A stretch of DNA of 64,000 bases from Vicugna vicugna (lineage: Eukaryota): positions 7,946,721 to 8,010,720 of the forward strand of contig MU058423.1 in the NCBI GenBank assembly GCA_013265495.1. The letters are read 5' to 3'. The notes under the pieces are model-generated. The model worked only from the letters and a program-made list of their open reading frames with translations, was not told the origin of the DNA and did not search any database. Within the stretch, counting starts at the first letter, position 1. Every line of letters starts with the position of its first letter. Made by a program: the position numbers and the translations under genes. This document shows, one piece after another, positions 1 through 12,239 of this stretch.

Positions 1-998
1 CATGGATATTCCTTATTGATATTTAACAGCACTATACATTCCAGGAGGTTTAGATCTTTATCTGCTACCTGCATGTGGCTTTTTTAAATAAAAAAATAAA
101 AAAGTTTTTTGCTGAAAAAAAATTTATTTATAAAACATTTAGTTAAGTTTCTCTCTCTCAAGTCTTCCAGACTTTGTATCTAGCTGAGAATGTCTTCTTC
201 ACTAAAATAATAAATAGACCTAAAATGTGCCCATGTCTGTTGCCTCCAACTCCTTCATTATTGGTCTAGTTGAGTGCTGCCCCCTCCCGCTCCCAAGAAT
301 GTAGCCAGGCCTTGTTCTTTACATTCCGGCAACAATGAAAGGCTGAGTCTCCTGCCTTTGCCAGGCCATGCCTCACCTGCATGACTACTCATGCTGCCTC
401 CCCGTAATTAGAACATCGTTCCCTCCTCTCCCTCACTCCATCTGGTTAACTCCACACATCCTTAAAGCTTCCACTAAAGTGCCATTTTCTCCAGGAAGAC
501 TTTCTCACCCCCGCCCCCCAACACCTTCACGTCTTACTCTGTATCCCGCAATGCTATGTGCTTAGTAATCCATTCCATATCTGTCCCTCCCATATGACAG
601 TGAATTGTCTGTCACAGAGAAGTGTCCCTTGGTCAGCCGTGTATCTGAGCCCTTTACACAGAATATGGAGCATAAAAGGAGGTCAAGAGATATTTAACAA
701 CTAAATGAATAAATGAACAAAATGAAGAGTTTACAAAACTACCAGAACAGCCTGGACAGAAGTCTAACATTTCAGTCAAACCCATAATACACAATTAAGA
801 AAGCTACCAATTCCAAGCCTATATAAGATGATTTTGAAAGCAAATCCCAGTTTCATATATCCATAGCGCTCATATTTTCTCTTTATTGTAATTTTCTTCT
901 GAAATACTGTGCAAGAATTGGAGGCTGAATCCTTCAGGACATCAGTGGATCTCTTATTACATTACTCTGAAAAAGATTACTTTGTGCTTTACACTTAC

Positions 999-1059
999 TT
1001 ATGAAAACTGCTTTCTTCCCTCCTCCTCAATGAAGTCCCAAAAGTGTTTCTAGAAAAAC
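999..1059 (-). other. Putative 5'UTR exon 2 of the same gene
   Basis: tttatctag acceptor, TAA|GTAAGT donor, 61 nt, purine-rich GAGGAGGAGGGAAGAAAG core, no ATG. Confidence 0.4.
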
Positions 1060-3124
1060 CTAGATAAACTTAATTTACCAAAGACACCAAAGGGGGTTTT
1101 ACTATATGAAAAAAAGCACAGTGAAAATTTCTGAAGTATATACTTTGGAGGAATTATTGTATTAGAATATAAGACATTTTAGAAAATAAAGCTCTCATCT
1201 AGAAATTCAGACTTTTTATGTATTCAAAATAATTTTAGAACCAAAAAGAATAAAGTATCTTTGAGTTCAATGGCACTAATTATGACCTACATTGTAGTAT
1301 TTAAACTTTTTTTCTAGCCTCGGTGTATATACTTTAGATACAGCTATCTCTAAAAAATAAATACACCTTCAATGTATATGGCATAGCACTAATAATAGCA
1401 ATAATAATATTATTACTAGCAGTTATATAGAACTTTACACATAGAAAAACTTCTTGAATAATGTGTATATAATACATATATTCATACATATATGCATGAT
1501 ACACATGATACACATACAAATTCATTTAAACTTCAAAAACCAACTTTATGAGTAGGTGCCATTGTTTCACCTTTTTTTGTTAATCAAAGAGAAAATGAGG
1601 TACAAAATATTTAAGGATCTTGTTTCAGGACATACAACTGAAAACTGGCAGAGGTGACATGAACCCAGGCACCCTGGCTCCTGGGTGATTCCACTGACAC
1701 CCACATGCTCCTCAGCCTCTCATTACTGGAATTATAGACACTGATGGATCTGGGTCCAAATCTGAGCCCCAGTACCTTAATCATGAAAGTTTCCAGTATA
1801 TTGCCTGGTGCACAGTAAGTGGTTAATAAATGTTAATTCCTTTCTCTCTGGTTGTCCCACAGAAACCTCAAATTTAAAATGTCACAAGGCAAATCTCCAA
1901 ATCCTTGCTGCTTCTTCCATATGCTTTAACACTGGGAGAAATTAACATGTACCCAATAACCTCAATATAATCCTCTACTGTTCTCTCTCTGTCCTCTACC
2001 ACAACAAATCCATCATCTGTTCTATCACCCAGTACTCCTCAAATCTCTCACCTTCCCTGTCTTCCAATCTCCATGACAAGACTGTCTTAATGAGGGCTCT
2101 TAGAAACGCTCACCTAAGTTATCGTAACAGTCCCCAAACTGATTCCTCCCCTTCCCAGCTCATCTGTGGATGCCTCAGCTACTGAAGCCCTAAAATAAAA
2201 ATCTGAACCAAGTCATTCTGGTGCTTAATGACCTCCACCGTCTCTACACTGACAACAGGTGCAGTTAAAACTGTAGTTTAGCAAATCTGGTTTCATCCTG
2301 CCTTAGCAAATTTAGCTCCCAACATTTTCCACACTTAAAGTAACATCAAACACCTACTCATTTTCCTAACGTGATGTGATGGTCTCCCTGTCCTTTGCAC
2401 ATGCTCTCCTCCTCAACTTAAAAGGCCAATGAAATCTCTGATATTAGATAATAGATTGTTGGACAGATGACAGGTTAATAGAACAATAGATTTGTCAACT
2501 ATATATACCTAACGTTCTTCAGACATTCTCTCACACTTTGTGTCTTGCATCCTTTGGGAAGGAGATGATCTAAATATATACATAAAAACAGACTGGAAAT
2601 AGAGATGAGAGGGCAGGTCTCCCAGTTTAACAGGGTATCAGACTAGAAGCTTTACACTGCACTAACAATCCACAAAGATACATGGAAAGATAAAAGCTTG
2701 TAATGACATTATTAATCAAAGATTTAGAAATGCCGTATTTTGCTCAAATCACATTTTACTAACGGTAACATTCAGTGGACACTGGTTAGGAACCAAAGGC
2801 CCTGAATATATTCCACAAACCCCACCAGAATATAGAGGCCTGAAAAGTATTCAAGAAAATATTTTGACCGACTCCAGCCAGATACCACTGAGTCTGGGAT
2901 GCAGGGGCTACAGTTCCCTTATAAAAGGACCTGGCTCAACTGCATTAGGATTACGTGCCATTCAACCCGGAACCTTGTCCTCCTCTTAGACCGTCGGTTT
3001 TCAAAGCCACCCCGAACTAAAGCTCTCAAAATATAAAGTGATAGTAAGGAGAGCTGAACAGTTGTGTAATAGAATAATATAAGGGAAAGTATTCGAAGCA
3101 GAGACAGAAGCGCTGGTGACTTAC

Positions 3125-3370
3125 TTTCTTGTTTCACGGAGGCCGCCGTCGGGCCAGCGCCTACTCCAGTGGGTGGAGGCCGGGGTTCCCTGAAAGGCAA
3201 ACAGGACCCAGGTGGAGGCCACAGCTGCGCTCGCGGCTTCGGGTACGCGGCGGGAAGCGCAGGTTCGCGTGGAGGCGCAGGAGAGGGCACGCAGGCACAC
3301 GCACGGCCCGCGGCAGCCGGAGGCCGGTGGGATCCGCCCGAACGTTCGCGCGCCGCCTTGACCCGCTCTT
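3125..3370 (-). other. Putative non-coding first exon of an unidentified minus-strand gene
   Basis: AAA|GTAAGT donor at 3124 at the edge of the CpG island. No convincing ATG-led ORF. The TSS position is approximate. Confidence 0.55.
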
Positions 3371-3720
3371 CCCGGAAGCAGCCAGCCTCGCGAGATCTCG
3401 GGAGTTCAAGGGGGCCGGCCGGCGGCTCCTGGGATGAGAAACACCTGGACGCCGCCAGCGCCGGTGTTGGAGAGGAGTCAGGCTCTCACCACCAGTCCTT
3501 GATGATTCGGCCCCGACCCCCTAATCAGAGTCACTCAGTGGTGGGGCACTTTGCCCCAGGGGCCTCGCCTGGTATCGGGGACCTGGCTCTTGGCCAGAGT
3601 CTGGGCACCGGCCACGAGCCACACGCCTGCCTCAGGCCAGAATGGGGGCGTGAACTGCGCATGCACGGACCGTGGGGCTGTTGCCTTCAAGGCAATGCCG
3701 TGGGATTCTAGTGCAGGTTC
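3130..3720. promoter_or_regulatory. CpG-island promoter
   Basis: Sharp GC/CpG-rich block in an AT-rich background. Contains ETS CCGGAAG (3372-3378), CCTCGCGAGA (3386-3395, near-perfect TCTCGCGAGA BANP/Kaiso motif) and NRF1-like TGCGCATGCA (3656-3665). Confidence 0.85.
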
Positions 3721-4499
3721 GTAGGGCCTCAGTGTGACCTCTGCCAAGGCCTAAGCCTGCAGCATCCAAAACACTCTGGTCCCTTATCCTCAAGACTAGC
3801 AGTAGTAGTGCCTAGAATTCATCCCAGGAGTACATCATTGCTTATTCCTGGAACCTTTACCCTGTAGAACAGCCTCAGGGCATTGCTCTCATTTCCGACC
3901 CAGCCCCCCTGCCAGCATCCTGCGATAGCAGAGCTGGCCTCTTCACCAAGCCCCTCCATCAGGAAATGTTCTCTTTTGAAATCCATGGAGACTCCTCTGT
4001 GACCGTAGTTGGGGCCTAGCCCAGGTGGGTGGAGTGTGAAGTTTCCCAGGAACGCAAACAGGGCACAGTTGGAACAGGTGGCTTCTGATGTATTGGGGGA
4101 ATAAGTGCAGGTTGGAGGCACAGGGAGAGAATGGGTGAGTATGCGCTAAGCTTCAGGGGCAACTTTCACATCCATCACTTGTGACTAAGGGCTGCCAATG
4201 GAGTATGACTCACTGGCCAAGACAAAGATACTGACAACTAAAGCCAAAATGAGCCCTTCAGTGCAGACTCAGTGGATGAGTATCCATGTGCTCAACAAAT
4301 AGAGCCTAAGAGCTGAGAACACAAAAGTGTCATTCAAGGCTAGATGTCCGCATGCAAATGGACACTGAAAGAGGTTAGGACACCTCATCCTTCACCTGTC
4401 TACTTGCTGGAAAATGAAAAATTTCTATTCAATGGTGAGAAGATGCCTTGGGCAAAAGTTGTAAGATTTCTGAAAAGATATATGCAATCAAAGCAAAGG

Positions 4500-5045
4500 A
4501 GCCATTGCATTGAAGGCTTAGAAGAAAAACATATTGCTGAAAATAGTTTTCTCCAAAAGAGAGGAAAATTTTGGAAGATGCTCAAGAGTCTGTATATAAT
4601 AAAAGGGAATGGCTTGCCATGATAGCAGAGATACAAAAGGATCTGGCTGCACTTAGAAAAATGCCTCAAAAAAAAAAAATCTCGAACACAGTACATAATT
4701 AAAGCTCATTGAGATGTATAAGAAAACAGAAGGGCCACCTCAGATTATTAAGTGAGTCCTGTGGAGGAAAATTTGGGGTAACCAAAAAGTTTCTCAGAAA
4801 GTAAAGGCAAAGGATAAAGATATTAAAATGAAGAAAGGATGCACATAGGGAGTAAGAAAAGAGAGCTTGTCTAACAAATACAAAGGTTCTCAAGGAAAAA
4901 GTAAGAAAAATAGAAACAGAATGAAGAATCACAGATATTTCAAAAATAATCTTTTTGGGCTTAAAAATACCTACGGCCCCAATTCAAAATAGCTCACCGA
5001 ATCATAGGCAAAAAAAGGGAGAACACATTCACACCTAGACTCCTT
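4500..5045 (+). mobile_element. Ancient L1 ORF1-like (HAL1/L1M-type) remnant
   Basis: A-rich strand. Degenerate translation near 4930-5040 (..IAHRIIGKKRENTFTPR) resembles L1 ORF1p QIERAHR..TPRHI. Confidence 0.5.
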
Positions 5046-5829
5046 TGTAATTAAACACACCAATTAAAAAGCAAAAGACTAACCTTATGTTTTAAACAAG
5101 ATAAGGCTATTTGTTTTTTATGAGAAAATTATTAAAACAATCTGACAGCAAATTATACAATTTAAAGGATAAACAAAGCACTTCAGATAAAAGCATACTC
5201 AAAACTGGAATGATCATATTAAAGTAAGGATGATAGTATTTTATAAAATGTTATCTTTCCTTTCATAAGTCATGTCCCCTAGCATATGAAGTATATTTCC
5301 TCAGGGAAGTAGAGGAAAGTTAAAAGTAGGTCAGAGAAGTCACTGATCCAGCTTTGAAACCACATCACAAAACTGGTCTAGGGGAGACTTGCTGCCGCGT
5401 ACCATTACTTAACCATCACCTGCACAGGCAGGAAAGGAAATACCACACAGTATCTTTCTTTCTAGACATACTTCTGAAATGAAACCTCACATGAGAAAAA
5501 CTCCCTTTTACAATCTGATGCCACCTAGCAGAGGAATTGGGCCTGAAAAGAAAATATAAAACACTAAGTTTTTAAGCCAAAAGACATTGAGGTCTCAAAG
5601 ATACTAATTAAAATATTTTATAAGAGTGATTTTACCAGATTAGACTAAGATTAGCTACCCATTTGTATTCAGCGTTATGTGTGTGTGTATGCAAGAGAGA
5701 CAGAGACAGACAGAGACAGAGAGGGAGATTTCTTCAGCGTGTAAATCCTATCAAAGTAATCTACATTGCTGTTGCACATTTCAAATTGGAGTACAGTCCA
5801 AATGATTAGGGCCTGTCAACCTGACGTAA

Positions 5830-5997
5830 CATATAAGAACATAGTTTCTAGAGACAGACTGCCTGGTTTGGAATAAAGTTTAACCTCTCTGTGACACAGA
5901 ACCCTCATGTATTAAATGGGGATAATAATAGTACCTATTATGTAGGCTTGTGGAAATAGTCAAAAGTTTATATATGTGTAAAGTGCTTAATGTGTGG
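5830..5997 (+). mobile_element. MIR SINE
   Basis: taacctctctgtgac..aaatggggataataatagtacct..aaagtgcttaa matches the MIR core. Confidence 0.7.
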
Positions 5998-5999
5998 CT

Positions 6000-6164
6000 C
6001 TGTTTGTCAACAACCACTGAAGGTTTCTCTGCCAATGCTGAGTTGCACTTTAAGAGCTGTAATAAATAACTGACCTCTTTTTGCATATTCCTTTTGTCTG
6101 TCACCTTTCTTACCGTTAGCACGTTGTATCTCCAAATGGAACTGGGCTTTAGTTACTTTAAGAT
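6000..6164 (-). pseudogene. IKK-like pseudo-exon: last scaffold helix
   Basis: tttttatag acceptor, phase-compatible with the previous exon. Reads LKVTKAQFHLEIQRANGKKGDRQKE and, in an overlapping frame, TVRKVTDKRNMQKEVSYLLQLLKC. Compare CHUK LPKVEVALSNIKEADNTVMFMQGKRQKEIWHLLKIAC. Confidence 0.7.
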
Positions 6165-6381
6165 CTATAAAAATGTTATTAACAAGTAAACCAACTCATA
6201 ACACACTGAAAGAGATAAGACTTAGGACCTAAATGATCCAATCTACTGTGTCTCTGTAAAGCTGAAATAGCCCTTAGGTCTTTCCAAAAGGCCTGCTATA
6301 AGAATATTAAGGAAAATTTCATCAAATACTTTTTTTGTGCATCATGTAAACACCAAAAACAAATACACAAAATGCACTGAC

Positions 6382-6864
6382 TGAGCAAACCAAATAATTC
6401 GATTTTGGTCATCTTGGCTCTTTTCTCTGAGAGGTTGCTTTGCAACAGGTTGGCTTTTTCTTTCCAGTCTTTAAGATCTTTTGTTGTAGTTACCAGTTTC
6501 CTCTTGCTTCTCTTGCTCATCTCTGTCCCTCTGCTCCTTTAAGTGTTCAATTGTCTGCTCCTGATAAGACAGAACATCAATATATGAGAAAAGTCCTTTC
6601 ATACTTACATCATATGACTGTAATTCAGCTTTTAGCTGATAAAATTTCACAATTCCATCCTCCATTCAAAAGATAGTAAAAAGTTGTTAATAATTTACTT
6701 TTTAAAGAATTCATCCTTGGTACCTATCTTGTTATAATAAAGGGCTTTGCTCTTTTGATTCCTCTGTTTCTTTTCCAATAATCTCAGCTACTATTAGCTG
6801 TCCCTAAAGTATTCTTTTGGAATAATCCAATTTTCTTCAATTCTCCAAAACTCATATATATACC
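6382..6864 (-). pseudogene. IKK-like pseudo-exon: scaffold/dimerisation (leucine zipper/HLH) domain
   Basis: ccttag acceptor, GTCAGT donor. Reads GIYMSFGELKK/LDYSKRIL*GQLIV..RMNSLKSKLLTTFYYL..FYQLKAELQSYDVSM..IDVLSYQEQT..LKDWKEKAN..IELFGLL. Compare CHUK [68 protein letters not shown]. Confidence 0.75.
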
Positions 6865-6900
6865 CTAAGGACAATAATTAACAAATATTTCATCTTTGTA

Positions 6901-6990
6901 CAGGCATACCACAGAAATATTATGGGTTAGGTTCCAGACCACCACAATAGAGTGAATACTGCAATAAAGCAAATATTATAATAAAGCAGG
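6901..6990 (+). mobile_element. Tigger1-type DNA transposon end fragment
   Basis: TA + CAGGCATACC..ggttccagaccaccacaat..gcaataaagc matches a Tigger1 terminus. Confidence 0.7.
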
Positions 6991-6994
6991 CAAT

Positions 6995-8135
6995 CAAAAA
7001 TAAAACAAAGACAAAATATATAAAGAACTCATACAATTCAATAACAAAACACAAGCAACTCAATTAAAAAAAGCAGAGGATCTGAATAGCCACTTTTCTA
7101 AAGAAGACAGAGAACCATAAGGCCTTCTTATGTTAAACAGGAAAATATGTTCAACATCACTAATTATTAGGGAAATGCAAATCAAAGCCACAGTGAGATA
7201 TCACCTCATACTGTCAGAATGGCTATTATCAAAATGGCAAGAAATGGCAGGGAGGATATAGCTCAAGTGGTATAGCACGTGCTTAGCAGGCAAAGGGTCC
7301 TGGCTTTGATCCCCAGTACCTCCTCTAAAAATAAACAAACCTAATTACCTCCCCACCACCAAAAATTTTTTTTAAATTAAATAATGCAATAATAAGTAAA
7401 TAAATAATTTTTTAAAAGGCAAGAAATAATAAGTGTTGGAAAGAATGTGGATAAAAGGTAACTCCCTCACACTGTTGGGAATGTAAATTGGTGCAATCAT
7501 TATGGAAAACAGTATGGAGAGTCCTGTAAAGTTGAGAATAGAATTATCATATGTGCCAGCTATTCCACTTCTGGATATTTATCTGAAGAATACAAAAACA
7601 CTAATTGAAAAGATGCATGTACCCAATATGTTCATTGCAGCATTATTTACAATAGCCAAGGTGTGTAAACAACCTAAGTGCCCGTGGATGAGTGAACAAA
7701 AAAGAGATGGTGTATATGTACAATGGAATACTACTCAGCCATATGAAAGGATAAAATCTTGCCATTTGCAACAACATAGATGGCCTCTGAGGGTATTATC
7801 CTGAGTGAAATAGGTCAGATGGAGAAAGACATACACCATAATATTTCGATCTTGTATGAAACAAAAATAAAATAAACAAACAAACCAAACCAAACAAAAA
7901 CAAACAGAGAACAGAGTAGTGGTTACCAGAGAGGAAGGGGATGGCGGAAGGAGAAATGGGTAAAAGGTATCCACTGTATGGTGACATGGAAACTAAACTT
8001 TTGGTGGAGAGCACATTGCAGTATATATAAAGATTTCAAAATATGATATTGCACATATGAATCTTATATCATAATGTTATAAACCACTGCCATCTCAATT
8101 TAAATAAGTAAATAAAAATTGAAAAAAATTTTAAA
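6995..8135 (+). mobile_element. L1 3' fragment (ORF2 C-terminus + 3'UTR)
   Basis: ORF 7502-7804 contains MENSME..PAIPLL..MFIAALFTIAK..QPKCP; A-rich tail. Confidence 0.9.
7246..7427 (+). mobile_element. tRNA-derived SINE (camelid Vic-1-like) inserted into L1
   Basis: gggaggatatagctcaagtgg..gtcctggctttgatccccagtacc (A/B-box like). Target-site duplication aaaa(t)ggcaagaaat at 7231-7245 and 7414-7427. Confidence 0.85.
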
Positions 8136-8599
8136 CTTTTAAGAAGGCAGGGATCAGACTTGCCCTGATATTGGGAAATACTCAGAAAGTATGATGTATA
8201 GGAATAGTCCAATAAGTAAATTAAATAAAATTTAGCACATAATCCAAGACCCAGCTTGGGCTCAGCACACTTGTGACATTGTTCCTCAGACTCATCCTCC
8301 AACCTAATATGGTCTCCTAACCCTACGTGCACAATCCCAAAGACACAGGTCCAGTGTATTTGCTACATTATATTGAAAACATCAGCATGTATATCTATCT
8401 CCTCTCCTAGACCATGAATTCTCTCAGGACAAGGATTATTTCTTCTTCATCTCACCTTCCCAACATCTTACACAAATGGGTACAGAATAAATTCTAAATA
8501 AGTGTCTGATGGTTGAATGAATGAATGAATGAATTTTAACTTAATAAACATCAAAATGCACTGGATATGGGAAAGCTGTTTTCTCTTTCTGACGAGATA

Positions 8600-8812
8600 C
8601 TTCATCTCCTTTCCTCACTGTGAAGAGTATCACAAAATAGTTGAAATCCAAGAAGTCATATTTTTGGAAAAGATAAGGTCATTTTACAAGGAACATTTCC
8701 TAATATTGAGCTCATAGTTGAATGTGTAATGTAATTCCCCTCGATGTGTATCCATAAATTGGTTACCACACTTGGTATCTTGATTGTGACATAAGTAGTC
8801 ATATCCTTCCAG
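8600..8812 (-). pseudogene. Probable IKK-like pseudo-exon: ULD-scaffold linker
   Basis: tttatttcag acceptor. Reads ..TIKIPSVV..MSSILGNVPCKMTLSFPKI* (cf. IKKb [23 protein letters not shown]; the TGA could derive from TGG). The 3' boundary is uncertain. Confidence 0.4.
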
Positions 8813-8903
8813 CTGAAATAAAACAGATCTAGTTAGCTAAAAATTCAGAACTGAAACAAAGAAGTAAATATGGACGGAGTCCAAGATCTACAGCTCAGCT
8901 TAC

Positions 8904-9185
8904 TCCCTCTGGAAAGAACATTTTCATTTGTTATTCTGGCATTATGTTCAACATGTTTTCATCTGCAGAAGCCCTGAAATCTTTGCTACAGACCAAAAAT
9001 GCTAATTTGCTTCTCCTTGCTTCTTTACACCAATTTAAAAAAACAGTTGACTTATTATGAAGTGCCCTGATTTTGAAAACAAGTTCCCAGAATGACCAGA
9101 ATACAGAATACTTTGCCCAGTGCCAAATTTGAGGATCACAGTAGAGTTGCAGTGATGTAAGAACTGGAAGCATAAAGAAATGCTT
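8904..9185 (-). pseudogene. Probable IKK-like pseudo-exon: distal ubiquitin-like domain
   Basis: 80-codon open frame containing KLAFLVCSK (cf. IKK LVFLFDNSK / MVYLFDKSK). GTAAGC donor followed by a 91-nt intron to a tttcag acceptor. The 5' boundary is uncertain. Confidence 0.4.
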
Positions 9186-9974
9186 TATCTGTAATTGTTC
9201 TATTTTCTATCATTTAGTTTCTAATATGGAAACCATTTCTTTCTGAGTGAACAAAATGCCATCTCAAATGCTTTTATCCTCTTATGGGAAAATCATGCAA
9301 TCTTAACAGTTGGATATGATTTTTCAGCAATATTCTTTCAAATAATGTGCCATAGCACCAAGATACACATTGTATAGGTTAGAGGAAGGTAAAGATAGTG
9401 TTTACCTATCAACAGGGAATGTGGTTAACCGAGTACCAGCAAGCTGCCTCCAGCCTTAAGCCATCTAATCAATTCATCACACCGTGTGACACAAATACCA
9501 TTGCCATTTGTGCCATGATGTAGTAAAGATTAAGAACCACTACCTTGGAGATCCCCTAGTCTAACTTACTCAAAAAGAAATCCTCACTACAATCATTCTG
9601 GCACAGGATTATTTGAGCTCTATTTCTATGTTTTCCATGACTGATTTCTCAATACTTCATGAAACAACTCTTTCTGAAAGATCCTCCAGAGACAGAGGTT
9701 AAAAAAAATAGAATCTTCTAACTTCTGTGAATTGAAGCAAATCCTGGCATTTGAAGCTACACTGAATACAACTTCACATGATAGTTTTGAATCTTAGATT
9801 CCAGATATTTTCTTTCTTTAGTTATCACTTCTCCAGGACATACATGTTCAAGTCCCTCAAATAATTCTAAACTAACAAGACTCAAAAACCTCCAACATAA
9901 ACTTATTTACAAAAAAAAAAAAGGTTATTTTAAAATACACGGTCTGGTATTGAATACTAAATGTAATTGTATCA

Positions 9975-11790
9975 AAGCTTAGTTAAGTAATGTTAACTGT
10001 AACAAACCAACCTAAAAAGAGCTCCAATATATTAAATTTCTTTTCTTCCTCCTGTAAAGACAAAAGAAAAAAGGTGTTTCTGATTGACTAGAAATGCTCC
10101 TTTGAGCAGTAATTCAGGGACACAGATCCCTTCCATCTTATGGTCTTGCCATCTTCAACATGTGGCTTCAAAGCTTGTCATGCTCCCCTGTATCAACTTG
10201 GTGGAAGATGAAAAAGCAAGTAAAGAAATTACACTGGACTTTTAAAAATCCTGACTTAAAAGTGAATTTTAAAATTGGTGGAAGTAATTGTTAGCAGGGA
10301 AACCACATCCCAGCAATAACTCCACATTATGGAAAGAGGATGCAATTTTGGAGGGAGGCTACTATCTTTCTTTAAAATAGTCCACCCCTCTGGCCATCTG
10401 CTTTTTTCAAGTCAAGCTTTTCCCGACAGAGGCCAACCAAAGGCCACCCAGAAACCATCCAAGTCAAAGTTTAGAACATCCTGGTGAAATGCAACATTCT
10501 TCACCAAGTTCTAATGTGGCTCCTCATGGTCCTATAAATTAACAAATTAGCTTCTATTCACCACACACACATTTCTCTCTCTCTCTCCTTCTCTTCCCTC
10601 CTTCCCCTCTCATTCTGCTTTTTCTTCTCCTTTGCCACCTTCTCTCAGTAGACAATAGAGGATCAGGGACAGAAAACCCATAATGAACCCCCCAATAGGA
10701 GAAAACAATGGAAAACAGTGTAGTCACAGCAACAACTAACTCCTGATGAGTAGGCATTATTAACACCTTTTCCTGGTGGTAGAGAATGTCCCTAGACTAT
10801 AATCTCTGGTAGGAACTTTCTTGTCCATTGTTACCTCTCACTGCTGGTTGCAGCCCTGTCTTTCAAATTCTTGGTAGATTTCTTATGTAATTATTTCCAA
10901 TCAGTCCAATGTATCAGTAACTATGACCAAATTTCTCTCTTGGGTATAATTTTCAAGGCTACCTGATTTCTTTACTTCCTTACTCCCATGCCATTCTCTC
11001 ACAACTCAATAGTGTCTGTCTTGAAGCCATCTGACACGTTCTGTTTGATTGAGAAGGAAATACCCATAGTCTGATTTTTGTCCCAAGGTTGTTTACCTGG
11101 GAAATCTTAATGACTCTTTGTTGCTGTGAACTTTGTAAAGTTTCATTTCTTATGGTTTGGGGGATATGGAAGAAGACAGGTTTTCCAACTCTGCAAGACA
11201 AAATTTCTGGAATCTTTCTATCCCCTTTTATTTCTACTTTCAAACTACCAATTCTTTCTTTTATTTTGCTTTATAATACCCTGCCAAATGCAAGAAGATG
11301 CAGCTAATGCACAATTAGATGTCTGTACCTCTAGAGCTTCAGATTTTGTAAGTAGTTGACTGGCTTCCAAGTGACTACAATTTTACCAAATGTTTTGTCA
11401 TTACATAATATAGATCTCCATTTTTCCAGCCTCCAACATGCATTTGCTTGCCATTTTTGTGACTATTAAGCCAATGACACATACTTTAATTATTGTTGCA
11501 GAAGTACCCTTCTTCAAGGTTCCAATTTTCATATTAATTGAAGAGAAGCTTGCTGATGTAACAAAGAATCCACAAATCTTAAATGGCCTAAACACATTAG
11601 AAATTTATTACTCGCTTCTACAAGAACCAAAATGAATGTTCCTGATCTGTGGAAGGCTCTCCTCCTCCAGAGAACTAGGCTGTTTCCACCAATGGCACCA
11701 CCATCTTCTGACGTCATCATGTTGATCTTCAACGTTAGTGGAAGAAGAAGAACTAGTGGAGAAACCACATTTTAAAAACTCATAACCCTT
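9975..11790. mobile_element. Old MaLR (MLT1-like) element, two LTR-like segments with probable internal sequence
   Basis: Similar starts (..tgtaacaaa..) at ~9990 and ~11550, each followed by (g/a)ccatctt..; typical MLT1 LTR text. Boundaries approximate. Confidence 0.45.
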
Positions 11791-12239
11791 CAACTCACAT
11801 TTCATGGGGAGCATAGAAATGGCGACATTTCCTTGCAGAAAGGATTTGGTTAGCTTTCTGTGCCTCATTCATCATTACAAAGTGTTAGAGGCAAGCAAAT
11901 TATAACTCTTGAATTAGCTTGGGAAAATACATGCAGAACATCCATGAAAATTAGCATGAAACTTCACAAACCCAAAACTTGACTATGACATTGTTAGGTG
12001 GTCAGTATTACCAAATAAAGCAGGATAAATTGTTGCACAGTAATTCGAAATTGATATCTAAATTATTATAAACACAAATTTAAAAACAACAAAAAGAGGT
12101 GATACTTGGTTATAGGAATTAAGCTAAAGATAGTAGAAATGTGAAAATAGGAAAACAAACATTCACAATGATAGAATCATGAGATATCAATACTAAACGA
12201 CAGTGAATTAAGCAAAGAGGAATGGCAGCTGAGGAATTG

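Noticed and set aside
820..960. KRKYERYGYMKLGF, resembling the Buster/ZBED transposase N-terminus
   Set aside because: No start and no BED finger follows; the DNA (ctgggatttgctttcaaaat) matches old L1M 3'UTR text.
2919..3747. Overlapping GC-rich ORFs on both strands
   Set aside because: Expected stop depletion in a CpG island; most start at non-ATG codons and none resembles a known protein.
5330..5390. VSKLDQ*LL* as a possible NEMO-binding motif remnant
   Set aside because: Neither Trp is recoverable in frame; similarity is too weak.
6561..6608. Apparent GTAAGT..cag mini-intron
   Set aside because: Only 48 nt, and it reads through in frame with IKK similarity (IDVLSYQEQ ~ LDLERYSEQ), so it is treated as coding.
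7246..7325. tRNA-like sequence
   Set aside because: SINE head with tail and TSD, not a tRNA gene.
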